A stretch of DNA of 64,000 nucleotides from Microcoleus sp. (GTDB lineage: Bacteria; Cyanobacteriota; Cyanobacteriia; Cyanobacteriales; Microcoleaceae): the NCBI GenBank assembly GCA_042408215.1, contig JAYFMW010000026.1:64001-128000 (forward strand). Reading direction: 5' to 3'. Made by a program: the position numbers and the translations under genes. Under the pieces are notes generated by a model. The model did no database searches. It saw only the letters and a list, made by a program, of their open reading frames with translations, and was not told where the DNA came from. How positions within the stretch are numbered: position 1 is the stretch's first letter; every line of letters begins with the position of its first letter. Shown in pieces: positions 53,415 to 64,000 of this stretch.

Positions 53415-53680
<266 letters not shown>

Positions 53681-53785
53681 GCAGCCCCAAGCGATTAACA
53701 AATAACAAATAACAAATAACCACTGACTAATGCCTTCTTCCTGATAATTATTTGAATTTTTAATGGCTGAATAGGGGGTTGTAAA

Positions 53786-54250
53786 TTGCAGGTTATTGTT
53801 GAAGGCTGGCGTTTTATCGATCGCTCCTCTTGCGTAGCAAATCAATTTCAACTGCTGGAAATGCTCGATCGCCCTGAAGGAGAAATTTTCCACCGCGATC
53901 TGCCCTATATAGACCCAGATTGGCAAACAACAACCAGTTTATTCGATCGCCCAACTGATATCGTTGACCGTTGCATCGGTATTGTTCAAACCATCAACAG
54001 TCAACAGCCAACAGCCAACAGTCAACAGTCAACAACCAACAGTCAACAGTCAACAGTCAACAGTCAACAGTCAACATCACCTGACGGTGCAACCGGAATT
54101 GATATGAAACATTACTGCACAGCATTCCCAGCCCTTCCCCAAATCAGTTTGCCCATGTCACCCTCCGAATGTCTTACCCTTGGAACTTTGCAGCATTAAC
54201 GAGCGCCAAAACATGGGTATTTGCACCTACTGAATGGGTAATTATTACTC
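53786..54250 (+). pseudogene. Disrupted duplicate of the glycosyltransferase N-terminus
   Basis: IVEGWRF...NQFQLLEML...IFHRDLPY and FAPTEW fragments match 54415-55590; interrupted by an STRR-containing element. Confidence 0.7.
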
Positions 54251-54414
54251 AGGTCGAAACCAAGGGAGAGAACCAGAATATTTTAAATGGTGACTGTTAA
54301 ATTATGAATAGCGAGCTCTTTAAAATAAAACTAAAAACTTCCCTCTTCCTAAGGACAATTAACTAATAACTAATCACCAATAACTAATAACTAATAACTA
54401 ATAACTAATAACTA

Positions 54415-55590
54415 ATGACTAATGACTTATTCTGTATAGTTGAAGGATGGCGTTTTTTGCCACATTCCTACGCCATCGTCAATCAATTTCAGCTACTAGA
54501 AATGCTGAAATACCCCAACTTAGAAATTTTCCACAAAGATATCCCCTATCTCGACGAAAATTGGCAGCCAGCAACCGGTTTGTTAGACGCAACTGCTGAA
54601 GCAGCAATCAAAAATATTCCTCACCCTTCCGAGTCTCTAGAAGCAGACGCTACCTTACGGATATCAGTACCTTACAATTTTGCACCCTCAAATACAAAAC
54701 GGACGTGCTTGTTTGCCACCACAGAATGGGGAATTCTGCACAACGAAAAGTTTAGAATAACAGGGGCGGCTTCCCTCCGCAAAGGACACAGCAACTCCGA
54801 TCTAATTATTATTACACCTTCCCATTGGTCGAGAACCGGATTTATCCGCAGCGGTGCAAATCCCGATCGCACAATTGTCATACCCTGCGGCATCGATCCA
54901 AATATTTACAAACCTTTAACAAAATTAGAGCGCGAAGCTTTGCGAAAACAGCTAGGATGGGACGGATTTGTATTTTTGAATGTTGGCGCAGGCACTCCCA
55001 ATAAAGGCATCGATTTATTGTTAAAAGCTTTCGCAGTTGTAGTTGAAAGTTATCCCGAAGCCAGATTAGTATTGAAAGGAGAAGAATCAGTATATGCGTC
55101 GGATTCTCTGCTCGCTCAAAACATAGACGAACTAACCTTTGACGAAGCCGAAAAAATTTTGCCTCGCATGGCATACTTGGGAGAAACATTGCCTTTTGAT
55201 AAAATGGCTCAACTCGATCAAGCCGCCGATGCTTACATCTCTCCTTATTTAGTAGAAGGGTTCAATTTGCCAGCACTAGAAGCAATTGCTTGTGGCTTGC
55301 CGGTCATCTGCACCAAAGGCGGCCCGACGGATGATTTTACAACTCCAGACTTTGCTTTGCACGTCGAAAGTACGCTTCAAGAAGGTACTTCTAACGATCG
55401 GCCGATATTTCGCCTGATGCCGAATTTAGAACATTTGATCGCCTTAATGAAAAATATTATAGAACAGCCGGAATTGTGCGATCGCGCCGGCGTTGCAGGC
55501 CCCAAATTTGTAGCTGCTGGGTTTACCTGGAAACAGGTTGTAGACCAATTGCTAGAGGTACTTTTGCCAACAATTCGATCGCAAAATTAA
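54415..55590 (+). CDS. GT4-like glycosyltransferase
   Basis: NKGIDLLL, EGFNLPALEAIACGLPVI. Confidence 0.85.
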   Translation: MTNDLFCIVEGWRFLPHSYAIVNQFQLLEMLKYPNLEIFHKDIPYLDENWQPATGLLDATAEAAIKNIPHPSESLEADATLRISVPYNFAPSNTKRTCLFATTEWGILHNEKFRITGAASLRKGHSNSDLIIITPSHWSRTGFIRSGANPDRTIVIPCGIDPNIYKPLTKLEREALRKQLGWDGFVFLNVGAGTPNKGIDLLLKAFAVVVESYPEARLVLKGEESVYASDSLLAQNIDELTFDEAEKILPRMAYLGETLPFDKMAQLDQAADAYISPYLVEGFNLPALEAIACGLPVICTKGGPTDDFTTPDFALHVESTLQEGTSNDRPIFRLMPNLEHLIALMKNIIEQPELCDRAGVAGPKFVAAGFTWKQVVDQLLEVLLPTIRSQN

Positions 55591-55760
55591 AATAGTGCGA
55601 TCGGGGGCCCAGAAACCGGGTTTTTCAACAGTATTAAACGCTCACATCCAGTATTTTCGTAAAAAAACCCGGTTTCGACGAGTCGGAGTGCGTCCAGGAC
55701 TGTATAAGATACAATAAGAACCACCAGTTCAAGCGATCGACCTTATTTGACAGTCAAGCT

Positions 55761-56930
55761 ATGCAATCTACAACAAATCAGTCCGAGACAGCACCGGCAA
55801 TGGACGCGCCCAAACACGGCTTACCAGTTACAATCATTACAGGATTCCTCGGCAGTGGCAAAACAACCCTGCTCAACCATATCCTGACCAACCAGCAAGG
55901 TTTAAAAACCGCAGTTCTGGTCAACGAATTTGGCGAAATCGGCATCGACAACGAACTCATTGTCAGTACCGACGACAACATGGTAGAGTTGAATAATGGC
56001 TGCATCTGCTGCACGATTAATGAAGATTTGGTAAATGCAGTTTACAAAGTCTTAGAACGTCAAGAAAATCTCGATTATCTAGTAGTAGAAACAACCGGAC
56101 TCGCCGACCCGCTACCAGTAGCTCTGACTTTCTTAGGCACTGAATTGCGAGACATGACTCGTCTCGATTCAATAGTTACAGTAGTAGACGCGGCCAATTA
56201 CAGTTTGGATTTGTTCAACTCTCAAGCAGCTTACAGTCAAATTGCTTACGGCGATATTATTATCCTCAACAAAACTGATTTGGTGGAGGAAGCAGATTTA
56301 GATTTGTTGGAAGTTAAGATTCGCGATGTCAAAGATGGTGCTCGTATTCTGCGAACAGTAAAATCGCAAGTTCCCCTGCCACTCGTCCTCAGTGTAGGAT
56401 TGTTTGAATCTGACAAGTATTTCCAATCTGAAGAAACTGCTAGCAGTCACGACCATCACGACCATCACGACCACGGACAGGACCACGACCATCACGACCA
56501 CGGCCACGACCATCACGACCACGGCCACGACCATCACGAACATCACGAACATCACGAACATCACGAACATCACGACCACGCTCATCACGACCATTCCGAC
56601 CATTTGGAAAATGACGGATTTACCTCATTGTCATTTCAGAGCGACAAGCCGTTTTCTTTGAGAAAATTTCAATATTTCTTAGACCACCAACTGCCAACAA
56701 ATGTGTTTCGGGCGAAAGGGATTATGTGGTTTGAAGAAAGTCCCAAACGGCATATTTTCCACTTGAGCGGCAAGCGATTTTCCATCGACGATGATGAGTG
56801 GAAAGGTGAACCGAAAAACCAGATTGTCCTCATCGGTCAGGGTTTGGATATCGAGAGTTTGCGATCGCAAATCGAAAACTGTATCTGTATGCCTTCACCT
56901 AATCGCGGCAAAGGGTTTGGGAAAAACTAA
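55761..56930 (+). CDS. COG0523/CobW-family metallochaperone GTPase with His-rich tract
   Basis: GFLGSGKTT, NEFG, GCICC, ETTGLADP, NKTD, His-rich linker. Confidence 0.92.
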   Translation: MQSTTNQSETAPAMDAPKHGLPVTIITGFLGSGKTTLLNHILTNQQGLKTAVLVNEFGEIGIDNELIVSTDDNMVELNNGCICCTINEDLVNAVYKVLERQENLDYLVVETTGLADPLPVALTFLGTELRDMTRLDSIVTVVDAANYSLDLFNSQAAYSQIAYGDIIILNKTDLVEEADLDLLEVKIRDVKDGARILRTVKSQVPLPLVLSVGLFESDKYFQSEETASSHDHHDHHDHGQDHDHHDHGHDHHDHGHDHHEHHEHHEHHEHHDHAHHDHSDHLENDGFTSLSFQSDKPFSLRKFQYFLDHQLPTNVFRAKGIMWFEESPKRHIFHLSGKRFSIDDDEWKGEPKNQIVLIGQGLDIESLRSQIENCICMPSPNRGKGFGKN

Positions 56931-57210
56931 ACACAAGGCGATTTAACTGGTTCCCAGGCCTGGAGTCTGGGAACCAGTTAATTATCAATTACCGATTATA
57001 CCAATTTAATGGGTCGTTGCATATATCTCGATCCCCCTAAATCCCCCTTAATAAGGGAGTAGGGTGTGAGTAGGGGTTGACGAAAGAGCAGAATCTTGTT
57101 CCCCCCTTATTAAGGGGGGTTAGGGGGGATCAGATTCTATGCAGCCTCATAAAAAACTGGTATTACTAATTACCGATTACCAATTACCGATTACCAATTA
57201 CCGATTCTGA

Positions 57211-57666
57211 ATGCGAATCATCATCCAGCGAGTTAAATCGTCTCAAGTCGAAGTCAACGATCGCATTATTGGCAAAATTGGCCGCGGACTCAACCTGCTG
57301 GTAGGTATTGCAGATACTGACACCGAAGCAGAACTAGACTGGATGTCTCGCAAATGCCTGGAATTGCGTTTGTTTCCTGACTCAGCCAGGGACACTGGCC
57401 GCTGGGACAAATCTGTACAAGACATCGGTGGCGAGTTGCTCGTAATCAGTCAATTTACGCTTTATGGCGACTGCCGCAAAGGTCGCCGTCCTTCCTTTGA
57501 TAGATCGGCGGCTCCTGAACGAGCCGAAATTCTTTATGACAAATTTGTCAAAATGTTGCGCGAGAGTGGCTTAAAGGTCGAAACAGGCTTGTTTGGAGCT
57601 ATGATGCAAGTTTCGATAGATAATGACGGGCCGGTGACTTTGGTGTTAGAGAGAGAAGCAGGGTGA
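57211..57666 (+). CDS. dtd: D-aminoacyl-tRNA deacylase
   Basis: IQRV, SQFTL, KGRRPSF, NDGPVT. Confidence 0.95.
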   Translation: MRIIIQRVKSSQVEVNDRIIGKIGRGLNLLVGIADTDTEAELDWMSRKCLELRLFPDSARDTGRWDKSVQDIGGELLVISQFTLYGDCRKGRRPSFDRSAAPERAEILYDKFVKMLRESGLKVETGLFGAMMQVSIDNDGPVTLVLEREAG

Positions 57667-57828
57667 ATTATGAATTTATAATAAAAATAGTTGCAGTGAG
57701 TATTGTCACAATTAAAGGTGATTATTGTCATGTAACCGCTAAGTTAATTGTGAGATGATTACTTAAATTTAGTCAATTTGCATAGTTTATGCCAGTCTGA
57801 CTCATTTAAACATTTTATTTTTAAATTT

Positions 57829-60800
57829 ATGTTAACCCCAGTAACTAAACCATCTGTTCGAGTTACCGAAATCGGTGAGTACATCCATTATCAATCTTGC
57901 GATCGCCGCTTTAAGCTAGAGCATAATAACCGACAGCTTGCCCGAGAGCTTCCGTTTGTAGAACGCCTCTTCAACTCCTTAGATCCAGTTCTCCAAGAGG
58001 CTGGGCGACTGAGAGAGAACGAATGGGAAACTTCTCTCCAAAAAAATGGTCTTATTGACCTCACTTTGTACAGCCAAAAGTCTGCTGATAAAAAGAAGAC
58101 ACCCTGGACTACCTTTGTCGCGCAATTGCAAGGTATAAGTTCAGGACAAAGAGCATATGGACGCGAAATTTCCATTCAAGGAGACGAGGGAGCTTTCCAG
58201 ATCAAAGGCCAAATTGACTTTGTACTAATTCTGTGGGAAGCCGATCGACCAAAGCTGCGAATTGTTGAATGCAAAGCCAGTCGTCGAGACCGTACCTACC
58301 ACCGCGTGCAGGTTGCTCTATACCGGATGCTAGTACGGCAGCTTATTCAGGTGAGTCCAGTGGCTCTTGGTGGCGTAGAACTCAGACCAGAAGATATCGA
58401 GTGCGTGGTTGCTAGGATTGATGAGAGTACAAATAAAAGTCAGCTCATCCTCGATCTAGAACCGTTTAAGCTAGATACAGAAGAAGCAGACATTAATCGC
58501 CTCCTGGCATCTGAGGGTTCCCTAAACCGGGTAGTTCAGGCTGATTTAGCCGATTTGGACTATCAAATCGATCCCAAGTGTGATGGCTGTGTTTTCAATA
58601 TTCACTGCCTATCCGAAAGTGCTCGATTCCGTCGTCTTGAACTAATTGGCTTAGATCCATCAGCAGTAAGAGTCTTGCGAGGGGCCGGGATTGACAAAAT
58701 CGATGACTTGGCTGAACTCGACTTACATGGACAGCAGGCGGTTCAAGTGCGGCAAGATCCAAGCTTTAGCGATAACCTAGAACTTATCCAGTTAAAAGCA
58801 AAAACTCGCAGGCGTACACTTCCAGGCGGAAATATCAACCCAGATTCCTATGAAGTGGAGTTGTTACCTTATGCTGGTCAAGGTCAACTTCCAGAACACG
58901 TAATTAATAGTGAGCGGCTGATTCGCGTTTATCTTTCTGTGGATTACGACTATGTAGAAAACAGGATTGGAGCGCTGGCAGCTCATGTGACCAAAAGCGA
59001 GGGACAATTACATACAAGCTTCACGCAGGTAAATGGACATTGGCAGCCAGACCCCACAGTCAAGGAACGGTGGGAGGTAGGGCGCGATCGAAATAATCGC
59101 CCAGTCTATGAAGAGCGTTCGCTCCAAGGTAGAGAAGTTATTGAGTTTCAAACTTCCCCGTGGACGGGGGAATACAGAGAAGACACAGGCGCTGAGAAAC
59201 AGCTAATTCAAGGGTTTCTAATGAAGCTGGTTGAGGCTATTCATGAAGTAGCCGAGGCCGAAACGGCTCCCATTCACTTTTATGTTTGGTCTCGATCAGA
59301 GATGACTCAGTTGCTCGAAGGATGCTCCCGCGTCAGCTCGCAGTTGCTCGGCAACCTCCGAGAACTGCTAGGATGCCGTGAGAGTTTGGAGCAACTCATC
59401 TACTCTTGCTTGCACGATGAAGTCGATCGGCGTTTTGCTTTGGGATGGACAGGCAGAGGCTTAGCTGTCGTTACTTCTCTGTCGTGGTTTGGGAGGCGCT
59501 ATCATTGGCGGCGGCGGGTGTCTGGTGCCGAGGTCGATCTAGAGCAAGCTTTTACACAGGATATCTTCGATTTTAAGACTGATTTGGATTTAGATGCTCA
59601 GGGGCAGTGGGCAGCTAAACCTTCTGAGCAAGTCAGCAAGCACAAGTTTGAAATCCGCAGTCGCTTTTATGATTCCTTAACAGCACCCTACTGGCGCGCT
59701 TACTGGCGAAAATTGCCAGATCCAACAGACCCAAATCTATCGCCAGCAGTTGCTAAGGCAATTGAACGCTACAACAGCGCCCGGAAACCTAACTATCTCA
59801 AGGATTATTTTCGCGCCCGCGTACACGCGCTGCGGTGGGTTGAAGAAAGCATTCGTTCTAAGAACTCAGAGATAGTAAAACCATCTCTTGTCATCGCTGA
59901 TTTACTGGAATTTACGCTTGGAGTAGATAATGCGGCTCAGGCGGGGATTGACTATCTCCGACTGGATCAGCACGTTAAAGTTACAAACTGGATTGCTACT
60001 CACTTAGTCCCACCTGTCTATCGCGTCCCTCTAGGGCGCACTATTCCTATTAGTGATGTTGTCTCGCACGGCAACAATAAGCTGACAGCCACTATCAACC
60101 TCGATCGGTATGGTATTAACTATGAAGTTTTCGAGACTAACTGCACGATCGAAAAAGGCAATTTTGTAAGGATTAGCCCTTGTTTTAACGATCCGCATTG
60201 CGGTCAAACATTCGGTCAACTTCTACGCGGTGGAAGTACGTGTGTTGTGGATAATATTGACTGGGAGACTAGACAGATTGAGCTTTCAGTAATACAAACA
60301 AATAAACCAGACCGCTATCAACTCCCCGGTCGGTTTTATAACCAAGAGGAAGACATTTTTTCCTATGCTACTTTAGATGAAAGTCCTTCTGATTTTGTAG
60401 CCGGAAAGGTTGACAACAGACTAATAAGTCGTTTGGGAAATCATGTATGTCAGTGGTTCGATCCTGAGCGTCCTCAGATTCCTCCGCAACAGGCTCTAGC
60501 AGCACAGAAGCTAGAACAATACCAGAATCTACTGGAGTCCTTGACATTGCCTAACGGACAGAAATTGGCTACCGATCAAGTAGCTGCTGCTGTCAGCGGC
60601 TTAACCGCTAGAATTCAACTTTTACAGGGGCCTCCAGGAACTGGCAAGACACAGACAACTGCGATCGCTACTTTTTTAAGAATTTTGGCGCGTTGTTCGA
60701 TCGGAGATATCGTTCTCATTGCAGCGCCTACCCATACGGCTGTAAACAACTTGCTGTTGCGCCTCGATAGCCTCTTGCCAATCCTTCAGCAACAGGCAGA

Positions 60801-61929
60801 TCGATCGGGATTAACAGTACCGCCAATAAAACTTAGCCGAGTTGACCGTAAAGAGGGTGAGTATTTTATCGAAAAAAATGTTGAATGTTTTCCCTCTAAG
60901 CCTTGTGCAGCCAAGTTGAAGAAAATGCGTTCAGATGCTGTCTTGGTCATCGGCGGTACAACCAGTGCTCTTTTGAAATTATCGCTGGAAATGAAAGGTA
61001 TCCAAGTGCCTATACTAATCGTTGATGAAGCAAGCATGATGGTGTTTCCACACTTTTTGTCACTGGCTACATTAGTAAAAAGTGACGGAGAAATCATGCT
61101 AGCCGGAGATCATCGGCAGCTCTCACCAATTGTTGCTCATAATTGGGAGCAGGAAGACCGTCCCCCCATTCAATTATACAAGCCTTATGTGAGTGCATAT
61201 GATGCGGTTAAAAATATTAAAATTACAGGAGTTTCAGATTTAGCTATTCTGAGTTCTGCGTTGAGTTTTACTTTCCGTTTGCCACCGCTAATTTGTAATT
61301 TAATTTCCCGTATTTACAGACTGGATAATATTGAACTCAAAGGAAGGTTGCCGGATTCAAATAGTCTTTTACAGGAGGAGTCAAGAGGTCTAATTCTTGT
61401 TCTTCATGCTGAGCGCCAGTCAAAACGCAGCAATATGCTTGAGGTGCGGATTATTGAGAAAATTATTGCTGCGGCCAAAACTAAAAGAGCAATAGAAAAC
61501 GAATCTGTTGCTATTGTCACTCCACACCGAGCGCAGCGAACACTGCTTAAAAATTATTTGAATGACTCCGGCGACCTCATCGATGTAATTGATACTGTTG
61601 AAAGCTTACAAGGTGACGAGCGACCTTATATAATTGTGTCGGCAACAGCCAGCGACCCCTCAGCAATTAGTAAAAATGTGGAATTTATCTTAGACCTCAA
61701 TCGGTCTAATGTGGCTTTTTCTCGGGCTCAGAAACAATTGATTGTGGTCTGCTCTAAGACGCTGCTAGATCACATTCCAGCCGAATTGGAACATTACGAG
61801 GAGACAATGCTTTGGAAGTCTTTGCGAGCTGTGTGTTCGCAGCTCATCGGTACTGAGATTGTTGATGGGCATCAGGTACAAGTTTTTATGCCACCACCCG
61901 ATATTCTAGAAAACCTGTCGCGCATTTAA
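57829..61929 (+). CDS. RecB/Cas4-like nuclease fused to SF1 (DNA2/UPF1-like) helicase
   Basis: GQIDF..ECK..Q...Y, CDGC..C; GPPGTGKT, DEAS, GDHRQL, TPHRAQ, LQGDE, NVAFSRA. Confidence 0.82.
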   Translation: MLTPVTKPSVRVTEIGEYIHYQSCDRRFKLEHNNRQLARELPFVERLFNSLDPVLQEAGRLRENEWETSLQKNGLIDLTLYSQKSADKKKTPWTTFVAQLQGISSGQRAYGREISIQGDEGAFQIKGQIDFVLILWEADRPKLRIVECKASRRDRTYHRVQVALYRMLVRQLIQVSPVALGGVELRPEDIECVVARIDESTNKSQLILDLEPFKLDTEEADINRLLASEGSLNRVVQADLADLDYQIDPKCDGCVFNIHCLSESARFRRLELIGLDPSAVRVLRGAGIDKIDDLAELDLHGQQAVQVRQDPSFSDNLELIQLKAKTRRRTLPGGNINPDSYEVELLPYAGQGQLPEHVINSERLIRVYLSVDYDYVENRIGALAAHVTKSEGQLHTSFTQVNGHWQPDPTVKERWEVGRDRNNRPVYEERSLQGREVIEFQTSPWTGEYREDTGAEKQLIQGFLMKLVEAIHEVAEAETAPIHFYVWSRSEMTQLLEGCSRVSSQLLGNLRELLGCRESLEQLIYSCLHDEVDRRFALGWTGRGLAVVTSLSWFGRRYHWRRRVSGAEVDLEQAFTQDIFDFKTDLDLDAQGQWAAKPSEQVSKHKFEIRSRFYDSLTAPYWRAYWRKLPDPTDPNLSPAVAKAIERYNSARKPNYLKDYFRARVHALRWVEESIRSKNSEIVKPSLVIADLLEFTLGVDNAAQAGIDYLRLDQHVKVTNWIATHLVPPVYRVPLGRTIPISDVVSHGNNKLTATINLDRYGINYEVFETNCTIEKGNFVRISPCFNDPHCGQTFGQLLRGGSTCVVDNIDWETRQIELSVIQTNKPDRYQLPGRFYNQEEDIFSYATLDESPSDFVAGKVDNRLISRLGNHVCQWFDPERPQIPPQQALAAQKLEQYQNLLESLTLPNGQKLATDQVAAAVSGLTARIQLLQGPPGTGKTQTTAIATFLRILARCSIGDIVLIAAPTHTAVNNLLLRLDSLLPILQQQADRSGLTVPPIKLSRVDRKEGEYFIEKNVECFPSKPCAAKLKKMRSDAVLVIGGTTSALLKLSLEMKGIQVPILIVDEASMMVFPHFLSLATLVKSDGEIMLAGDHRQLSPIVAHNWEQEDRPPIQLYKPYVSAYDAVKNIKITGVSDLAILSSALSFTFRLPPLICNLISRIYRLDNIELKGRLPDSNSLLQEESRGLILVLHAERQSKRSNMLEVRIIEKIIAAAKTKRAIENESVAIVTPHRAQRTLLKNYLNDSGDLIDVIDTVESLQGDERPYIIVSATASDPSAISKNVEFILDLNRSNVAFSRAQKQLIVVCSKTLLDHIPAELEHYEETMLWKSLRAVCSQLIGTEIVDGHQVQVFMPPPDILENLSRI

Positions 61930-62568
61930 ATTGCATATTTCAACTTGAAAGGATTGATCACCTTTAATATTTAATTCGATCGACTCAGCATCGCTGTTGT
62001 CAATTTTCGGGTCTAAACTTCTGTAAGGACTTACCGCCGCCATCAAAGCAACCGGGCTTATTTAATAAAATACATCGCTTCGGGCCTCGCTTTGGAGCTA
62101 GAAATCTGGCTTCGGTCAATCAACCTGCCTTCTGTCAGACCAATTTCTGAATTAACCGGGTTTCCCAACTGCTGTGGCGTAGGTTGAGAATACATTGCGG
62201 CTCACTACATTCCCGCTACTGGCGATTCCACAATCTCCAACCCCCAAAACCACCTCAAACAGCCAGTTGGTAAATTGTCCACTCAGAGGCCTTCCAGCAC
62301 CCTGAGCTCAAAGAGCGATCGCGATCGCTTCACAAAAGCTCAGAATGCTTGTACAGTATGGGTTTAAGGGCAATAAAAGCAATCCCCCACAGCCAAAGAT
62401 TAAAATCCAATGAAGCCGCCAAAACTGTCACCTGAGAGTGTGGAACATCGGCTTCACTGTACTATTTGTACCTCCCGTACATTCAATGTATTGAGAGTTG
62501 AATCAGCGCAACGAGCGAAACCGCCAGCAACTGCAACACTCTCTGACACCTACTACCCGATCAAAGCC

Positions 62569-63807
62569 ATGACTGTCAAAACTGCCACCAACTCCCTTAA
62601 CTGCACGCCCGTTTCTACCATCAACTCGCTTCAAGTCGCAGTCAGCGAACAAATCGCCGAAATCAATAGCGTTCCCAGCATCAATATCCTCGCTTTGGCT
62701 GACTTCGCCCTCAAAGAATTGCAAGCAGAAATGAAAACTCCCAGCCGTAGCGCTCAATCCGTGGCGATGCGGATTGCTAAGGAAGTCGAACGGATTTGCC
62801 AAAAAAGCGATCGCATCCAAATTTCCGGCGAAGTTCAAGCTTGGCAAATTACTCTAGCCGAACACCGCTTGCAAAAAACCTTGGAATTCTATCGCCTCGG
62901 TTCCAGACAAGGCCGCGTCGAACTCCACTCTCACCTCGCGGCGATGATTTACCGCCATGTTGCTTCTTTTCGATCGAACTTGAACTTCCAAGCTCGCTAC
63001 AACATGATTGAAGACTTTTTGCAAGGCTTTTACATTGAATCTCTGCGAGCTTTCCGCCGCGAACACCAGCTCGATGTCACATACCAGCCCCGCACACAGC
63101 TAGAATTGGCTGAGTACATGGCTTTTACCGAACAGTACGCCAAACGCCAAATCGGCTTACCGGGCCGCAACCGCCAACGCCTGATCGTGCTCCGCGCTCA
63201 AGGATTTGCCAAGGGCCAACCTCCCGAAACTGCGATCGACATTGAAATGGCTGTAGAATCTGGCAAGGGTGAAGATGCCGAAATGCACAGCCGCTCTCCG
63301 GCGCTGCAACAAGTGCGCGAGCAAATGGTGGCTGAAACTGTCGATCCGGCTGATGCTGTGTTGCGCGATCGAGTAGTCTCAGAATTGATCGCTTATCTGG
63401 AATCGCAAAATCAGCCAGAATGCGTGGACTACCTAACTTTAAAATTGCAAGACCTTTCTGCTTCTGAAATCGATCGCGTTCTCGGTTTGTCTGCTAGACA
63501 ACGCGACTACTTGCAACAACGTTTCAAGTACCACGTCGAAAAATTTGCCCGCACTCAAAACTGGAAATTAGTTCACGAATGGCTTGGTGCTGATCTCGAT
63601 CAAAAGCTGGGAATGACTTCGGACAAGTGGGAAACATTTCAAGCTCAACTTTCCTCGGAACAACAACAACTGTTAGCGATGAAGCGGAATCAAGAAAGCG
63701 ATAGTGCGATCGCCACTGCCATCAAATGCACTCCCAAACAAGTCCAAAAACGCTGGGCGCAACTGTTGGATCTGGCTAGCCAGACTCGCAACAATAGCCA
63801 AGGTTAA
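62569..63807 (+). CDS. hetZ: HetZ-related protein
   Basis: EVERIC..S.RI, IEDFLQGFYIE, ELAEYMAFTEQYAKR, RDYLQQRFKYH; start uncertain (62410 or 62569). Confidence 0.75.
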   Translation: MTVKTATNSLNCTPVSTINSLQVAVSEQIAEINSVPSINILALADFALKELQAEMKTPSRSAQSVAMRIAKEVERICQKSDRIQISGEVQAWQITLAEHRLQKTLEFYRLGSRQGRVELHSHLAAMIYRHVASFRSNLNFQARYNMIEDFLQGFYIESLRAFRREHQLDVTYQPRTQLELAEYMAFTEQYAKRQIGLPGRNRQRLIVLRAQGFAKGQPPETAIDIEMAVESGKGEDAEMHSRSPALQQVREQMVAETVDPADAVLRDRVVSELIAYLESQNQPECVDYLTLKLQDLSASEIDRVLGLSARQRDYLQQRFKYHVEKFARTQNWKLVHEWLGADLDQKLGMTSDKWETFQAQLSSEQQQLLAMKRNQESDSAIATAIKCTPKQVQKRWAQLLDLASQTRNNSQG

Positions 63808-64000
63808 CGGGTACTTTACCATGAATGTAACCGTTTTCTTGAGGCTGGAAAATGCGATCGGGTGCGGCTGACTGCAAAGAATGTCCGCCCCTGTCCCCTC
63901 TCAAATCTACAAGACCTGCTGCTAAATTATGACTGCTTTTGATCGAATTCAATATATTAAAAAAACATTACTTTTTTTGAAGATTTCTCTTTCCCAAGTT

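Noticed and set aside
56448..56600. 9-bp repeats in the COG0523 gene
   Set aside because: Ordinary His-rich metal-binding linker of this family

Overview
Chromosomal segment of a filamentous cyanobacterium. Abundant HIP1 (GCGATCGC) sites, heptamer STRR tracts, REP-like palindromes and MITEs, plus the gene content, suggest a Microcoleus/Oscillatoriales-like genome. In order it contains: (1) a phylloquinone (men) cluster with DHNA-CoA thioesterase, menE, menC, menH, menA, menF and menD, where menC and menD carry in-frame palindromic-repeat insertions (menD has 13 x 96 bp); (2) a type I-D CRISPR-Cas locus (WYL regulator, cas3', cas10d, cas7d, cas5d, cas6, cas4, cas1, cas2, 61-repeat array) with an antisense degenerate mini-array and a divergent orphan ORF between cas3' and cas10d; (3) a galactofuranose/glycoside hydrolase cluster interrupted by an island carrying a stand-alone colicin-D-like toxin/immunity pair and two uncharacterised membrane-type genes; (4) two protein-less IS200/IS605 (OMEGA) elements upstream of pdhA, one IscB-type and one TnpB-type, separated by exactly 20 nt; (5) ftn2, a glycosyltransferase, a COG0523 GTPase, dtd, a large nuclease-helicase and a hetZ-like gene. 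Several cas genes and galT are frameshifted, probably through sequencing error. All calls come from reading the sequence and recognising motifs; no searches were run.
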